Shown here in pieces: positions 17,923 through 28,599 of a stretch of DNA of 64,000 bases (position 1 is its first letter; each line of letters begins with the position of its first letter). A model generated the notes under the pieces. It was not told the origin of the DNA, did no database searches, and saw nothing but the letters and a program-made list of their open reading frames with translations. The stretch lies in NCBI GenBank assembly GCA_965226795.1, contig CBDDDZ010000005.1, positions 2,752,001 through 2,816,000 on the forward strand. The letters are read 5' to 3'. A program made the position numbers and the translations under genes. This DNA comes from Candidatus Latescibacterota bacterium (GTDB taxonomy: Bacteria; Latescibacterota; UBA2968; GCA-2709665).

Positions 17923-20886
17923 TCAATTCTCCCAGCGTTTGAATCCGGTGTGGACAACTTTAAACGCGTCGCCCGATTCAAAGTCGTAGCGGAATCCTTT
18001 TGAGTCATCCAGGTCGTCCACCATACCGCGGATGAAATTTTCATCGCCGACGTGGATGAAGGTCATATTGTTTTTTCGCTCGACGCTCCGGATCCGATAG
18101 CAGGCATCGCGTTCGTTATCGTTCCGGATGGAGATGTAAGCGCCTGCGAGGGATCCTTTGGGTGGTGGCCCGGTTGTGTGGATAACCCCGGGCTCGTGGG
18201 TAAAGACGATGCCGGTCCAGGCGGCTTCCGCTATCTGGATTGCGTGAGATTCGGTACCTAAGATAGTCCCGCCGACGAGCGTGGCCCATCGCGGGCCGTT
18301 TTTCGATTCCGCAAAGATTCCGAACATGCCGTTGAAGCGAATGCGGCCGCCTACGTTGACGGAACTGTGCCCGTCGCCGAAAATGACTGTGTGGGTAAAT
18401 TCGTCCGGCAGGCGGACTCTCAGAGCACGGAGAGCGGGTCCGCCAGGGAGGTCGATTTCTTCAATTTGCACAACATTCCGGTTTTTTCTGAAAGCTTCGA
18501 TAAGGCACAAATAGCCGGAATCGAGGGGCGTTTCACCCTCATGGGCGACAACGCCGTAGGTCAAACGCCGGGGGTTGCCGGGTTTGTTGCGCGGTGGATC
18601 GCCGTGACAGAGAGCAATCTCGCCAGGGGCGTTTATCAAGTTCCATCGCAGGTGGATGTCGGTTGGAGCGCCGGGCATGGGTGATGCGGGGAGCACCTGC
18701 CACGTATCGGCAATGGTCCAGTCTACGGAGACCGTGCCGGCCGGTGCAGTACACCGCTTTACGTCGTAAAGGTACTGGAAGCCGCTGCCACTGTAGCTGC
18801 GTACCTCGCCATCGTAAAATTCTCCAAACTTGACGTCTTCACCTGCGTAGGTGCCGTTATCCTGCGGCGTTAGTTCGAGACCCTCAGTCCGGACGATCCC
18901 TTCGGCTGCGTGGAAGAGAAAGTGGTGGGAAGTTCCGCCGGAGACCAGGAAAAGGTCTGCCACATAGAAGTCCGTATCGGAGACGCGCACAAGCGCGCTG
19001 GTGCGACGGTAGATCGAGCACTGTGGATAGACGTCAGTCGATGAAACGGAGACCACCTGTGCTTCCTCCGTGGTTGCATAGAAGTCGACCTTTCCGGAGT
19101 AGTCGCCATTCTGCTTGCTTCGGTCGACAAGAACCGTGTTGTGGGAGACGGTATGGCTGGTCCAGCCTGAGCGTTTGGGCCATACACGCGCGTGTTCCGG
19201 ATAACCCAGGTCAGGCAGCAGGTCCAAGCCGAAACCGTAGAGACCCAGATTCAATCGGTCCGCATGCCCATGGCCGGTGTTACGGCCGTAATAGAGCCAG
19301 AGGGTGCGTTCGGTTTCATCCGTGCCGTCTCTGAGAAGTGCCAGACCGTACCCCGACATCACGTCAGAATCGAGGCGGAAGGGTCCATGTTTCGCTACGG
19401 TCTCTGTCACCCGACGCCGGATGGCTTCCGGATCCTCGTCGAAGATGCTGCCGTGAATCCGTGTCAGATCTCCACCAACGAGGTGGTGTGCAGCCCTGGC
19501 GAAAATGGGATCGCCGAACAGCTCTAGGCCCTCCAAACATTGCTCGGCGGTGAGACCGCAAAGGTTGGGGCTGCCCGTGTGGCCCGTGTCGCCAATATTG
19601 GGGATGTATTTTCCCAGGCAGATCATGCGGATGTGGCCAAGGAACATCTGCTTGTACCGCAAATATCCTCGGACGTTGTGACGGGTGTACGAGCTCCGGC
19701 ATCCAAGTACACGGTCCAGATCGTTCATACCCTGGGATTTGTGGAGCCAGCCCAAGCTGTAGGAGGGCGCGGCTTCGGAACCGATCCCGTCCCGGTCGAT
19801 TTCTGCCGCGAAGAGTTTCGGGATGTGACCGCCGTTCGGTTTTTGACCGCGCAGTCTGCCGGCTTTGAAGACCCAGTCCAGCCAGTGGTCGGTATCTTCC
19901 GCATCCAGGGCGACGGCGAGGACGGCCATCGTGACCTGGTCGCCGGGTTCGTTTCGGGCTACGTCGCCCGCGAGGATGGCGGCAATGCCCTCGCGGATGA
20001 TACGATCTACAATATGGCGGCACAGTTCGTCCACGTTGTTCTGGGAAAACAAACCGTGGACGTTTTGTTTACGTGAGAGGAAAGTGAAGAGTGGGTCGTC
20101 ATCCCGCCACGCCGTTCGGACGGCGTCATAACATTCCGTGAAGGTGATGAGCAGGCCCGGTTCCCAGATGCGGCCGTAGATACGACCCCGGCCGCTCAAT
20201 CCGTCCGAATTGAAGAATCCGAGTCTCGCCCAGTAGGACCAGTGCATGTCGGGATAGACGTCGGCGATTCTGGCCAGCAGAATGCCGGCTTTGTGGGCGT
20301 ACATGGGGTCGCCCGTGAGCAGGTATGCCCGCTTCAACCCTTGGCAGGCGGACCGTATTTCGTTCCAAATGCCATGGTGTCCATAGACGCCAACGAGTTT
20401 GAATGATTCTCCGGTGTCGTCGGTCCAGCCAGTACCGTCGTCCACGCACCACGCGTAAAGGGGGTCGTTGCTATCTGGATGTTGGGTGTTGAAGAGCAGG
20501 CTACGGTCGGCTTTCTCGGGATGAAAGAGCCCGTCGGGGCCTTTGCCGCTCTCGTAAAAAGCGGCAAAGTCGTTGCGGGGGAAACGGCCACCGCAGTTGG
20601 GGCAGATGATCTTCCAGGGGTCGCGGAGAACGTCCACTTTGAAGGCACCCCCATAGCGATTGATGCCGTCGCCGCATTGCGGACACCCTTTGGTGACGCT
20701 CGCGTTGGTGCTCCGACCGATGGTTTGCCCGGCAACCAGGGTCCGGAGGGCGTCATCGTCCAGATCAAGCCAGCGTCGGGCACAATCGACGGCAGCGTCC
20801 CGTTCCGCGGCAGCCCAGGGTATTTGTTTAATGTTGCGGCGCGCGTTGGTGATCCGTTCGGAGGCGATGAAATGTTCGCCGGACAT
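17923..20886 (-). CDS. Heparinase II/III-like (oligosaccharide lyase) family protein
   Basis: DGIGSE..PSY, GHGHADRLN, DLGYP, HTVSHNTVLVD; two CxxC motifs near the N-terminus. Start trimmed to ATG 20886 to avoid overlap with the upstream gene. Confidence 0.75.
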   Translation of the reverse strand: MSGEHFIASERITNARRNIKQIPWAAAERDAAVDCARRWLDLDDDALRTLVAGQTIGRSTNASVTKGCPQCGDGINRYGGAFKVDVLRDPWKIICPNCGGRFPRNDFAAFYESGKGPDGLFHPEKADRSLLFNTQHPDSNDPLYAWCVDDGTGWTDDTGESFKLVGVYGHHGIWNEIRSACQGLKRAYLLTGDPMYAHKAGILLARIADVYPDMHWSYWARLGFFNSDGLSGRGRIYGRIWEPGLLITFTECYDAVRTAWRDDDPLFTFLSRKQNVHGLFSQNNVDELCRHIVDRIIREGIAAILAGDVARNEPGDQVTMAVLAVALDAEDTDHWLDWVFKAGRLRGQKPNGGHIPKLFAAEIDRDGIGSEAAPSYSLGWLHKSQGMNDLDRVLGCRSSYTRHNVRGYLRYKQMFLGHIRMICLGKYIPNIGDTGHTGSPNLCGLTAEQCLEGLELFGDPIFARAAHHLVGGDLTRIHGSIFDEDPEAIRRRVTETVAKHGPFRLDSDVMSGYGLALLRDGTDETERTLWLYYGRNTGHGHADRLNLGLYGFGLDLLPDLGYPEHARVWPKRSGWTSHTVSHNTVLVDRSKQNGDYSGKVDFYATTEEAQVVSVSSTDVYPQCSIYRRTSALVRVSDTDFYVADLFLVSGGTSHHFLFHAAEGIVRTEGLELTPQDNGTYAGEDVKFGEFYDGEVRSYSGSGFQYLYDVKRCTAPAGTVSVDWTIADTWQVLPASPMPGAPTDIHLRWNLINAPGEIALCHGDPPRNKPGNPRRLTYGVVAHEGETPLDSGYLCLIEAFRKNRNVVQIEEIDLPGGPALRALRVRLPDEFTHTVIFGDGHSSVNVGGRIRFNGMFGIFAESKNGPRWATLVGGTILGTESHAIQIAEAAWTGIVFTHEPGVIHTTGPPPKGSLAGAYISIRNDNERDACYRIRSVERKNNMTFIHVGDENFIRGMVDDLDDSKGFRYDFESGDAFKVVHTGFKRWEN

Positions 20887-21022
20887 GGAGAACCTTAAGC
20901 GACGGGGACTTGAGGGTGACACTTGAGATAGCGCTCGATCGGCGGCATGGCGCGCGACGCGCCTCTCCCAGCGGGCGAGAAAGGAACCAACGGGCGACGC
21001 TTCGGTCCGGTCAATTCGAGCA

Positions 21023-22558
21023 TCAGGCCAGATCCTCGAGGATTTCCTGTGCGGCATTGTGGCCTGGAATACCGCTCACTTCACCGCCGGGATGCTGCCC
21101 CGCGCCGCAAAGGTACAGGCCTTTCTGCGGGGCTCGGTATTGCGAGAGTTCCGGAAGGGGCCGGTTCCAGAAGAGATGTTCGCCGGCGTGTTGTACATGC
21201 CAGATACAACCGTCAGTCAGGCCGTTCTCCCGTTCGATGTCCCGGGGCGTTCGGAAGATATAGTTTCGGATGGAGGATCTGAAGTTGGGCGCAAACTCGG
21301 TGACCTGGTCGATGATGCCTTCGGCGATCTCCTCTCGGACGTTGTCCCAGGCGCCGGAGCGCAGGCTCGCGGGCGCCGGATAGATCCACACGGAGGCGGT
21401 GTGATAACCCGGCTGCGTAAGGGTGAGGTCTGCGAACGAAGGCATTGAAAAACTGATAACGGGTTTGCGCACGGGCAGGCCCGCTTCCAGCTCGTCATAG
21501 GCCGCGTCGATTTCCGCCCTCGAGGCGTGAAGCGTGATCGCACCCCGGTGGGGTTGTTCCGGGTCCCCGTCCCAATACTTCCACTGCGGCGCTTCGCTAA
21601 TAACGGCGAGGAGTTTGTAACAGCTTACGTTTGTGATAAGGCCTTCAAGACGCCTGCGCAACCGGGCGTCCAACCATTCGGACGGCATGAGTCTGAGGAA
21701 GGTGTGCTTGGGGTCCAGGTTGGAGACGGTGATACGGCTGCGGACTTCCTCCCCGTTTTCCAGGCGGACACCAATAACGGCGTTGTCTTCCACGAGGAAA
21801 CCCTCGACGCCTGCGTCGAGGTGGATAGCCACGCCGGCCTCCTGCGCTGCGGCGGCGATTGCATCGCTGACGGCGCCCATTCCGCCTTCGACGTAACCAT
21901 AAGGATGGGCTTCCCCCGTTTCGGTGTCGGGACGGTTGATGGAACCGTAGGCGAAGTGCAGGCCCAGGGGATTCCGGCCGACGGAGGCGCCCTCCGAGGC
22001 GTGGAGGTCCTTCAGGTGGCCGGTAGAAAGGAACTGGTTCTGAAGTTCCCGGATTCGAGTCGAAATGGCCCTGTCGAGCACGCCGGCCGCGGGCGTGCCG
22101 GCTATCCGGGAACGTACTTCATCCAGGGGTGGGGGCGCCTGGAACCTGTAGGGAGTGACGATGTCCGTGAGAATCCGCTTGAATTCTCCGTAGCGATGCG
22201 AATCCGCGCGTTCGGTGTCCGTGAGGCGGCTCCTGTGGGTCCGGTTCCTGGGAGAGTCGTGATCTGAGGGCCCGTGATAGGTTCCATCGGGGCGGAGGCG
22301 GATGTACCCCTCGCGGGGCAGCATTTTCATCCCGCGTTCGTAGAGCTTGAGATCTCGTATAATTCTCGGCGGCAGGCCATGGATCATGTGGGCGCAGGTA
22401 GAGAAATGGAACCCGGGCCAAAGTTCTTCGGTGACGGAGGCGCCACCGACGAAGGAACGGCGTTCAAACACACTGACCTTCAGCCCGGCCTTTGCGAGAT
22501 AGGCGGCGGCGGTGAGGCCATTGTGGCCTGCGCCTACGACGATGACATCCGAATCCAT
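21023..22558 (-). CDS. Phytoene desaturase-family FAD-dependent oxidoreductase
   Basis: [55 protein letters not shown]. Confidence 0.88.
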   Translation of the reverse strand: MDSDVIVVGAGHNGLTAAAYLAKAGLKVSVFERRSFVGGASVTEELWPGFHFSTCAHMIHGLPPRIIRDLKLYERGMKMLPREGYIRLRPDGTYHGPSDHDSPRNRTHRSRLTDTERADSHRYGEFKRILTDIVTPYRFQAPPPLDEVRSRIAGTPAAGVLDRAISTRIRELQNQFLSTGHLKDLHASEGASVGRNPLGLHFAYGSINRPDTETGEAHPYGYVEGGMGAVSDAIAAAAQEAGVAIHLDAGVEGFLVEDNAVIGVRLENGEEVRSRITVSNLDPKHTFLRLMPSEWLDARLRRRLEGLITNVSCYKLLAVISEAPQWKYWDGDPEQPHRGAITLHASRAEIDAAYDELEAGLPVRKPVISFSMPSFADLTLTQPGYHTASVWIYPAPASLRSGAWDNVREEIAEGIIDQVTEFAPNFRSSIRNYIFRTPRDIERENGLTDGCIWHVQHAGEHLFWNRPLPELSQYRAPQKGLYLCGAGQHPGGEVSGIPGHNAAQEILEDLA

Positions 22559-22621
22559 AAAAAGGGTTCCCTTCGTTTCAAACCGATCCCGCCCGCCCCT
22601 GAACGGAATGGCCTCCTGAAA

Positions 22622-22870
22622 TTATCTTACGGTTGCAGCCTTGTGGTGGGGGCGGCGCCAGCTGCAGTTTGACCAGCCAATCTTCGTCGTCTCACTGTCG
22701 GAGATGGGACATTTGAAGGATTCCGCGGCCTGGGCTTCGAGGTCTGCCCGGACGACGGCCCCTGGGATTTCCAGTTCAATGCCCGAAAGCTGAGTAACTT
22801 CGCTAATATGGGTTTCACCGCCGATAATCACAATACGCTTCCTGTGCGACTCCGTTCGATGTTTCGACAT
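22622..22870 (-). pseudogene. Possible truncated Gfo/Idh/MocA-type oxidoreductase remnant
   Basis: KRIVIIGGETH... Rossmann-like start that breaks off after roughly 55 aa. Confidence 0.3.
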
Positions 22871-24296
22871 AAGCGTTTAAATGCGCAAGGGCACGGCCGC
22901 TGTCGATTGCGCCCTTTGCGCGTTCAATGGCTGCGGATGGGTCGACATCAAATCCGAGCAGATTGTCTTTAATTGCCGCGTCGAGCACGATCTGGTCGTA
23001 GACCCAGCCTCTTTGTCCGGAAAGAGCGGCGCAGCCCGCTTTCGCGAAGGCTTCCGCACACACAGTCTCGGGTCTCGGATGACGGTCGTAACAGAACCCC
23101 CCGGCAGCCGGGTTAATGTCGCGATCGAATATTTCCAATCGCCCCGCGCTGGTTCTGAAACCCCTTATGTTGTTAATGGCCTTTCGTTCACCGTCGGAGG
23201 GTTTGCCCAGTCGCAGGCCGAAGGAGCCGGAGCCTTCCATGCCCTTCACGACGAGGGCGGAGTTGAGACCGCGATCCCTTGCCAGTTGAAGAAACATGTC
23301 CTCGTAGCCCGGATGGTAGTAGCCGACCACCATGTGGTTCTCGCCGGGACACGTGAAGAGCTGCTGGGCCTTCTCCGTAACCGCCCAGGGAGGCCGTTTT
23401 TTTATGTGTACACGGAGTTCCCTCGCAGCGTAGGCGGCTGGCGAGAAGATGCGCTGGCTGACGTAGGCAAAACCCACACGCGGGTTCTCAATCAGACCTC
23501 CAGCCTGTTCCAGAGTGAGGTCCACGTTTGCCTCCAGCGCCTTCAGGATCTGTTCGTCGGTGACTCCCCATTTCGGCGGCATTCCATCTACACCGTGCAG
23601 AACCGTCGGGCGTCCCAGCGCCGCCCTGATCGCCGCGACGAAAAGGGTTGGGCGGAAATATCTGCTCGATCCGTCGTACGGTTCACCGAAATGGGTGAGC
23701 GAGCCGACGTTCAATTCCACGACGCCGGACGGGTCAAACGCGGCGTCCAGGTATCCGCGCGTCTCGTCGTATGTTTCGCGGTTCATCCGCTGGCCGATGA
23801 GTGCCGCGCCCTTGAGCGCGCCTCGCACCCGTCCGTTCAGGATGGCGTCGCACATCCGCAGGGTTTCGCCATAGCTGAGATGCTCCCCGGCGAGGATTTC
23901 ACCGAGAGCGGAAATGAGAAAAGCTTCCTGTTCGTTTTGCGCTTGCGGTTTCCTGCGCGTGTCCAGCAGAAAGTGGATTTCGGGCGGCAGGTTTTGACGG
24001 AGGGCCGAACGATATCTTTCAAATGCTTCGGTTTCCGCGCAACTCCACCGGGTCTCGGGAGGATAGCGGCGTCGCAGGGCCATGGCCACGAAGAAAGCGC
24101 CCATTTGAACGGACGATACCCGTAGCGTATCGGGCAATTCTCCCCTGGCCGAACCGAGAATCAGATCCAGAATACGGCCGGGTTGGGGGTCCGAGGGTTT
24201 CAGACCCAGCGGGCGTGATTGATGGGGTCCGGTGCAGACGCGGGATTGGGCTTCCAGTACTTCGGGGTTCGGACCCGGGTGGACTTCAGACGTCAT
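22815..24296 (-). CDS. Anthranilate phosphoribosyltransferase-like (TrpD-fold, glycosyltransferase family 3) protein
   Basis: QMGAFF, GQRMNRET, GEPYDG, LHGVDGMPPKWGVT, IKKRPP, YYHPGY, VKGMEG, AIDSGRAL; lacks the canonical TrpD GTGGD motif. Confidence 0.8.
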   Translation of the reverse strand: MTSEVHPGPNPEVLEAQSRVCTGPHQSRPLGLKPSDPQPGRILDLILGSARGELPDTLRVSSVQMGAFFVAMALRRRYPPETRWSCAETEAFERYRSALRQNLPPEIHFLLDTRRKPQAQNEQEAFLISALGEILAGEHLSYGETLRMCDAILNGRVRGALKGAALIGQRMNRETYDETRGYLDAAFDPSGVVELNVGSLTHFGEPYDGSSRYFRPTLFVAAIRAALGRPTVLHGVDGMPPKWGVTDEQILKALEANVDLTLEQAGGLIENPRVGFAYVSQRIFSPAAYAARELRVHIKKRPPWAVTEKAQQLFTCPGENHMVVGYYHPGYEDMFLQLARDRGLNSALVVKGMEGSGSFGLRLGKPSDGERKAINNIRGFRTSAGRLEIFDRDINPAAGGFCYDRHPRPETVCAEAFAKAGCAALSGQRGWVYDQIVLDAAIKDNLLGFDVDPSAAIERAKGAIDSGRALAHLNAYVETSNGVAQEAYCDYRR

Positions 24297-24526
24297 GGCA
24301 TTGGTATCCTTCAGTGATATTGAGTCGGCGATAGTATACATGAAATCAGGTGTGCTATCAAGTGCGTCGGGCGGTGCCTCTAATCTCGAAGGATGTGTAC
24401 CAGGCCGATTCCGGCGCACCATTCCAGGCGATTCGGGATTGAAAAAGTTGTTTGCAAGGAAAGTTTTTTTTGTTAAATAAGACGTAATTGACGAAACGGA
24501 ATTTCTGGCTGTACTTGAGACGGAAA

Positions 24527-25318
24527 ATGACGGTATTCCATTTGGCATGGTGTCTTGTCATATTGAGTTGGATGAATACCCGGCTTCAGGCTGAGTCCGT
24601 CAGGGTGTATGCCGCGGTCAGCCTGATCGGTTCAATGAAGCAGATTGAAAGAATATTCGAGAAGGAGAACAATGTAGAGATCCGGTTTTCGTTCGGGGCG
24701 TCTTCGACACTGGCCAGGCAGATCGAGTGGGGGGCGCCGGCCGAGGTATACTTCTCCGCGAATCCGGTATGGATGGATTATCTGGACTCACGAGGCCTGA
24801 TACACCCGGACAGCCGGATCGACCTGCTTGGCAACACGCTGGTGGTGGTAGCTCCCCGGGGAGAGGGGTTTAACGTTGTATGCGAAAAGGGATTTGATTT
24901 TGCCGCGGCGTTCGATGGACCGCTGGCGGTAGCGGACCCCGATCTGGTTCCCGCCGGGATATACGCGAAGCAGGCGCTCGTCCGCCTGGGATGGTGGGCG
25001 GATCTGAACGGACGGATGGCCATCGGTCAGGATGTGCGTTCGGCGCTTGCATTTGTGGAACGGGGTGCCTGCGCGGCAGGCGTTGTGTATGCGACCGACG
25101 CGGCCTCAAGCGACCGGGTGGAAGCGCTGGCCGTGTTTCCGGACGAGACACATGAAGCGATTGTTTATACCGCTGCAATCGTGAAGGGAAGAAGTGGTGC
25201 GAATGCGCGGCGGTTAATGGATTTCCTGAAGTCGACACCAGCTTCCGAAATATTCAGAGAGGATGGCTTTCAGGTTCCGGCCTCCCGGCGAAAGACCGAA
25301 CGACCGGGAAGGGACTGA
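24527..25318 (+). CDS. modA: Molybdate ABC transporter substrate-binding protein
   Basis: Signal peptide; YAAVSL, FGASSTLARQIE.GAPA, GNTLVVV, VPAGIYA, GVVYATDA. Confidence 0.9.
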   Translation: MTVFHLAWCLVILSWMNTRLQAESVRVYAAVSLIGSMKQIERIFEKENNVEIRFSFGASSTLARQIEWGAPAEVYFSANPVWMDYLDSRGLIHPDSRIDLLGNTLVVVAPRGEGFNVVCEKGFDFAAAFDGPLAVADPDLVPAGIYAKQALVRLGWWADLNGRMAIGQDVRSALAFVERGACAAGVVYATDAASSDRVEALAVFPDETHEAIVYTAAIVKGRSGANARRLMDFLKSTPASEIFREDGFQVPASRRKTERPGRD

Positions 25319-25465
25319 CCCAACAAGCGCGATTTCCAGTCGTTCATGATGCGCCGATGGCGGCTGCGTACCAATAGGACGTACGATCTTTCGGCGGCGG
25401 TGCCGTGCCGCAGGTCGACGACATCGAAAATACATTCGCATTCCAACCGTACAGGGGAAGACGGA

Positions 25466-26584
25466 ATGACTGTTTTGGAGAGGTTGAATATCGGCGTTTC
25501 CGGCGCGGCGGGCAGAGGCGGAAGTTTTCGGGCGGCTTTTGACGCCCATCCCGTCGCCCGGCTGCATGCCGTCTGCGATATCCGGGAGGAAATGCTGGAC
25601 GCGGCGGCCGAAAAGCTGGGCGCCTCGGAGACCTATACAGACTATGAGGAAATGCTGGAAAAATCCGACCTGGATGCCGTGGTTATCGGCACGCCAATGC
25701 AGTTCCACGCTCCACAGGCGATAGCGGCCCTGGAGTTGGGCGTGCATGTGTTGAGCGAAGTGACGGCGGCGGTTTCAGTTGACGAGTGCAAACGCCTCGT
25801 AGCCGCCGCCACTGCCACCCGGGCGATATACATGATGGCCGAAAATTTCACGTATATGAAGCCTAATGTGCTGGTGAAAGAGCTCGTGCGGTGCGGACTG
25901 TTCGGAGAGGTCTATTATGGGGAGGGGGAGTACATCCACGAGTTGAAGGAGTTGAATGAGAAAACCACGTGGCGGCGGAAATGGCAGACCGGGATCGACG
26001 GCGTTACGTATGGCACTCACAGCCTGGGACCGATTCTTCAGTGGATGGCGGGTGACCGCGTGGCACGGGTCTGCTGCGAGGGCAGCGGACATCATTACCA
26101 AGATCCCAGAGGGGATCAATATGAGAATCAGGACTCCTGCGTGATGCTGTGCAAAACCGCCCGAGGCGGGTTGATCAAGATTCGGGTCGATATGCTGTCG
26201 GAGCGACCCCATTCAATGACGAACTATTCACTTCAAGGCACCACCGGGTGTTACGAGTCGGCCCGTGCGAAAGGGGAGATGCACCGGATCTGGCTGGCGG
26301 ATTTGTGCGAGGACAGGAATTCCTGGATGGATCTGCTGGAATTGGAAGAAGAATATATGCCGGAGATGTGGCGCAACCCTTCCGAAGATGCGCTAAAGGC
26401 GGGCCACGGCGGAGGGGATTATTTCGAGATTCTTGATTTCGCAAACGCCATCGCGGGAACGGGGCCGTGCCCCATCGGGATTCACCAGGCTATGGACATG
26501 ACGCTGCCAGGCCTGATCAGCCAGGCATCCATCGCAAATGGCGGCGAATGGCTGGATGTGCCCGATTCGAGGAACTGGGTGTAG
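25466..26584 (+). CDS. Gfo/Idh/MocA family oxidoreductase
   Basis: DAVVIGTPMQFHA, HVLSEV, MMAEN, GEYIHE, GHGGGD. Confidence 0.88.
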   Translation: MTVLERLNIGVSGAAGRGGSFRAAFDAHPVARLHAVCDIREEMLDAAAEKLGASETYTDYEEMLEKSDLDAVVIGTPMQFHAPQAIAALELGVHVLSEVTAAVSVDECKRLVAAATATRAIYMMAENFTYMKPNVLVKELVRCGLFGEVYYGEGEYIHELKELNEKTTWRRKWQTGIDGVTYGTHSLGPILQWMAGDRVARVCCEGSGHHYQDPRGDQYENQDSCVMLCKTARGGLIKIRVDMLSERPHSMTNYSLQGTTGCYESARAKGEMHRIWLADLCEDRNSWMDLLELEEEYMPEMWRNPSEDALKAGHGGGDYFEILDFANAIAGTGPCPIGIHQAMDMTLPGLISQASIANGGEWLDVPDSRNWV

Positions 26585-26636
26585 AGACATGACGCCGGGA
26601 ACCTCGAGATGACGCCCGATCCACACTCTTGAAACC

Positions 26637-27425
26637 TCATACCGTTTTCGGCGACAACGCATCTGTTCCAAAAATGACCGAGAAAGCGTCGCCGCGTGCT
26701 GATTCCGTTGCCGCGTGCATGTAACAGGCGCTGAACGCCCTGCGGGGGACGTCGGTATGGTTCGTACCGGAGCTGTGCAACAGCCAGTTGTGCAAGAGTA
26801 CGACTTCACCCGCGTCGAGTTCCAGGTAGACGTAATCGACCTCTCGCATCCGTTCGTCGATCTGCTCAGAATTAAGAAATCCGCTCGCGTTTTCGGGGTT
26901 GACCAGACCCCATTTGTGTGACCCGGGGATGATTTTAACGCAACCGTTTTCGATGGTGGCAGGGTCTAGAGCCGTCCATATGGTAACGAGTGGATCCCGG
27001 TCGAGGTCGGTCCAGCGGTCCTGGTGCCAGGTAAGGTCGTGGCCTTTCCCGGCCGGTTTGTTCATAAACATGGCACGGAAGCAGGCCACCGGCGCATCCC
27101 GCCCGTAGACGCGGGAACAAATGCTCCGAAAAAGGGGTTTCTGCATGTAGGCGAGGAAAAGGTCATCGAACTCCAGATCCTGGATTTTTCGATAGTTCAG
27201 CGTGGCGCCCTTGTGACCCCTGGTCTGGGGTCCGGGGCCGTCCCGGCCTTCGACGACGTCCAGTTGCATCAGCATTCGATTGTAATCCAGCGGGGCCGTA
27301 CCCAGCATAATGTCGTCAATTCGACGTTTGAGGGCGGCCGCGTCGGCCGCGTCTGCAACCCTGCCGAGGTGAAGATAACCCCTGGCTTCAAACCGTTTCC
27401 ACTGTTCGTCTGTCAGAGTGTTCAT
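26637..27425 (-). CDS. Phytanoyl-CoA dioxygenase (PhyH) family Fe/2OG dioxygenase
   Basis: WHQD, WTALD.ATIENGC..IPGSH, LLHSSG.N, RRAF. Confidence 0.88.
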   Translation of the reverse strand: MNTLTDEQWKRFEARGYLHLGRVADAADAAALKRRIDDIMLGTAPLDYNRMLMQLDVVEGRDGPGPQTRGHKGATLNYRKIQDLEFDDLFLAYMQKPLFRSICSRVYGRDAPVACFRAMFMNKPAGKGHDLTWHQDRWTDLDRDPLVTIWTALDPATIENGCVKIIPGSHKWGLVNPENASGFLNSEQIDERMREVDYVYLELDAGEVVLLHNWLLHSSGTNHTDVPRRAFSACYMHAATESARGDAFSVIFGTDALSPKTV

Positions 27426-27579
27426 AGGCTGCATCCGGCGGTGAACCGTCGAACCCGGCGTCCGCGATGCGGTTTCGGAGGATAAGGGTCGAACGCATCC
27501 CGATTCGGCGAGAGCGGGACACTCGAAGCAAGATAACAAAGTAAGGATCGTACATCAAGTTTCCCACGAGGAGCGGCCA

Positions 27580-28551
27580 ATGTCGGATACGGTATTGTAT
27601 CTCTCAAGAAATGACGTGGAAAAGGTGGATTTGTCGATGGCGGAAATCATCGACGGGCTGGACCGGATGTTCGTGGAAAAAGGAGAAGGTAAAGCGGAAA
27701 TGCCACCCAAGCCGGGCATCCATACGCAGCCGGATGCCTTTATTCATGCGATGCCGGCGTATATACCGAGCCTTGAATCGGCCGGAATGAAGTGGGTATC
27801 CGGGTACCCTGCAAACCAGGAGAAGGGGTTGCCGTACATTAGCGGGTTGCTGATTCTGAACGATCCTGAAACCGGCATTCCCACGTGCGTTATGGATTGC
27901 ACATGGATCACGGCGATGCGGACGGGAGCGGCAACGACGGTTGCCGCGAAGTATCTGGCACGCAAGGATAGCTCGACTGTTGGCATTGTCGCCTGTGGCG
28001 TTCAGGGTCGCGGCAATCTTGAAGCGCTGTCGTGTGTTTTCGACATCAGGGAAGTTAAGGCGTACGATCTTTATCCTGAGCTTGCGGATCGATTCGCCGC
28101 GGAAATGGGACCCCGACTGGGGGTGCGGATCGAGCCGGTTCGCGAGGTTTCACAGGCCGTCAAGGGGCTGGACCTTGTGGTGACCAGCGGACCCGTCAGG
28201 CAACGACCGGCGCCAGTCGTGGACGCCGGCTGGCTGGCGGAGGGGTCATTCGCATGCCCTCTGGATTTCGATTCCTGCTTTCGGGCCGAAGCATTCCGCG
28301 AAGCGGACAAGCTGGCAAGCGACGATACCGATCAGTTGAATTATTACCGGCAGACCGGTTATTTCAGCGATACACCTGAACCGTATGCCGATCTTGGTGA
28401 AATCGCGGCCGGGCTGAAACCCGGACGGGAGTCGGACACAGAGCGCACGATTGCGATCAATCTGGGCCTGGGCCTGGAAGACATGGCCACTGCAATACTC
28501 GTTTACCGCCGTGCGGTGGAACGGGAAATCGGGATTGTGTTACCTTTGTAA
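27580..28551 (+). CDS. Ornithine cyclodeaminase/mu-crystallin family protein
   Basis: HAMPA, KWVSGYP.N, TAMRTGAA, GVQG, GLGLEDMA. Confidence 0.9.
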   Translation: MSDTVLYLSRNDVEKVDLSMAEIIDGLDRMFVEKGEGKAEMPPKPGIHTQPDAFIHAMPAYIPSLESAGMKWVSGYPANQEKGLPYISGLLILNDPETGIPTCVMDCTWITAMRTGAATTVAAKYLARKDSSTVGIVACGVQGRGNLEALSCVFDIREVKAYDLYPELADRFAAEMGPRLGVRIEPVREVSQAVKGLDLVVTSGPVRQRPAPVVDAGWLAEGSFACPLDFDSCFRAEAFREADKLASDDTDQLNYYRQTGYFSDTPEPYADLGEIAAGLKPGRESDTERTIAINLGLGLEDMATAILVYRRAVEREIGIVLPL

Positions 28552-28599
28552 TGATGACCCGCATCGGGTACGCGTTCAGGTGGACACGCGTCTCTGAAG

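Noticed and set aside
20887..21057. N-terminal extension of the heparinase-like ORF
   Set aside because: Overlaps the upstream gene's stop and looks non-coding; ATG 20886 is more plausible.
22881..24125. 414-aa + strand ORF
   Set aside because: Antisense shadow of the TrpD-like gene.
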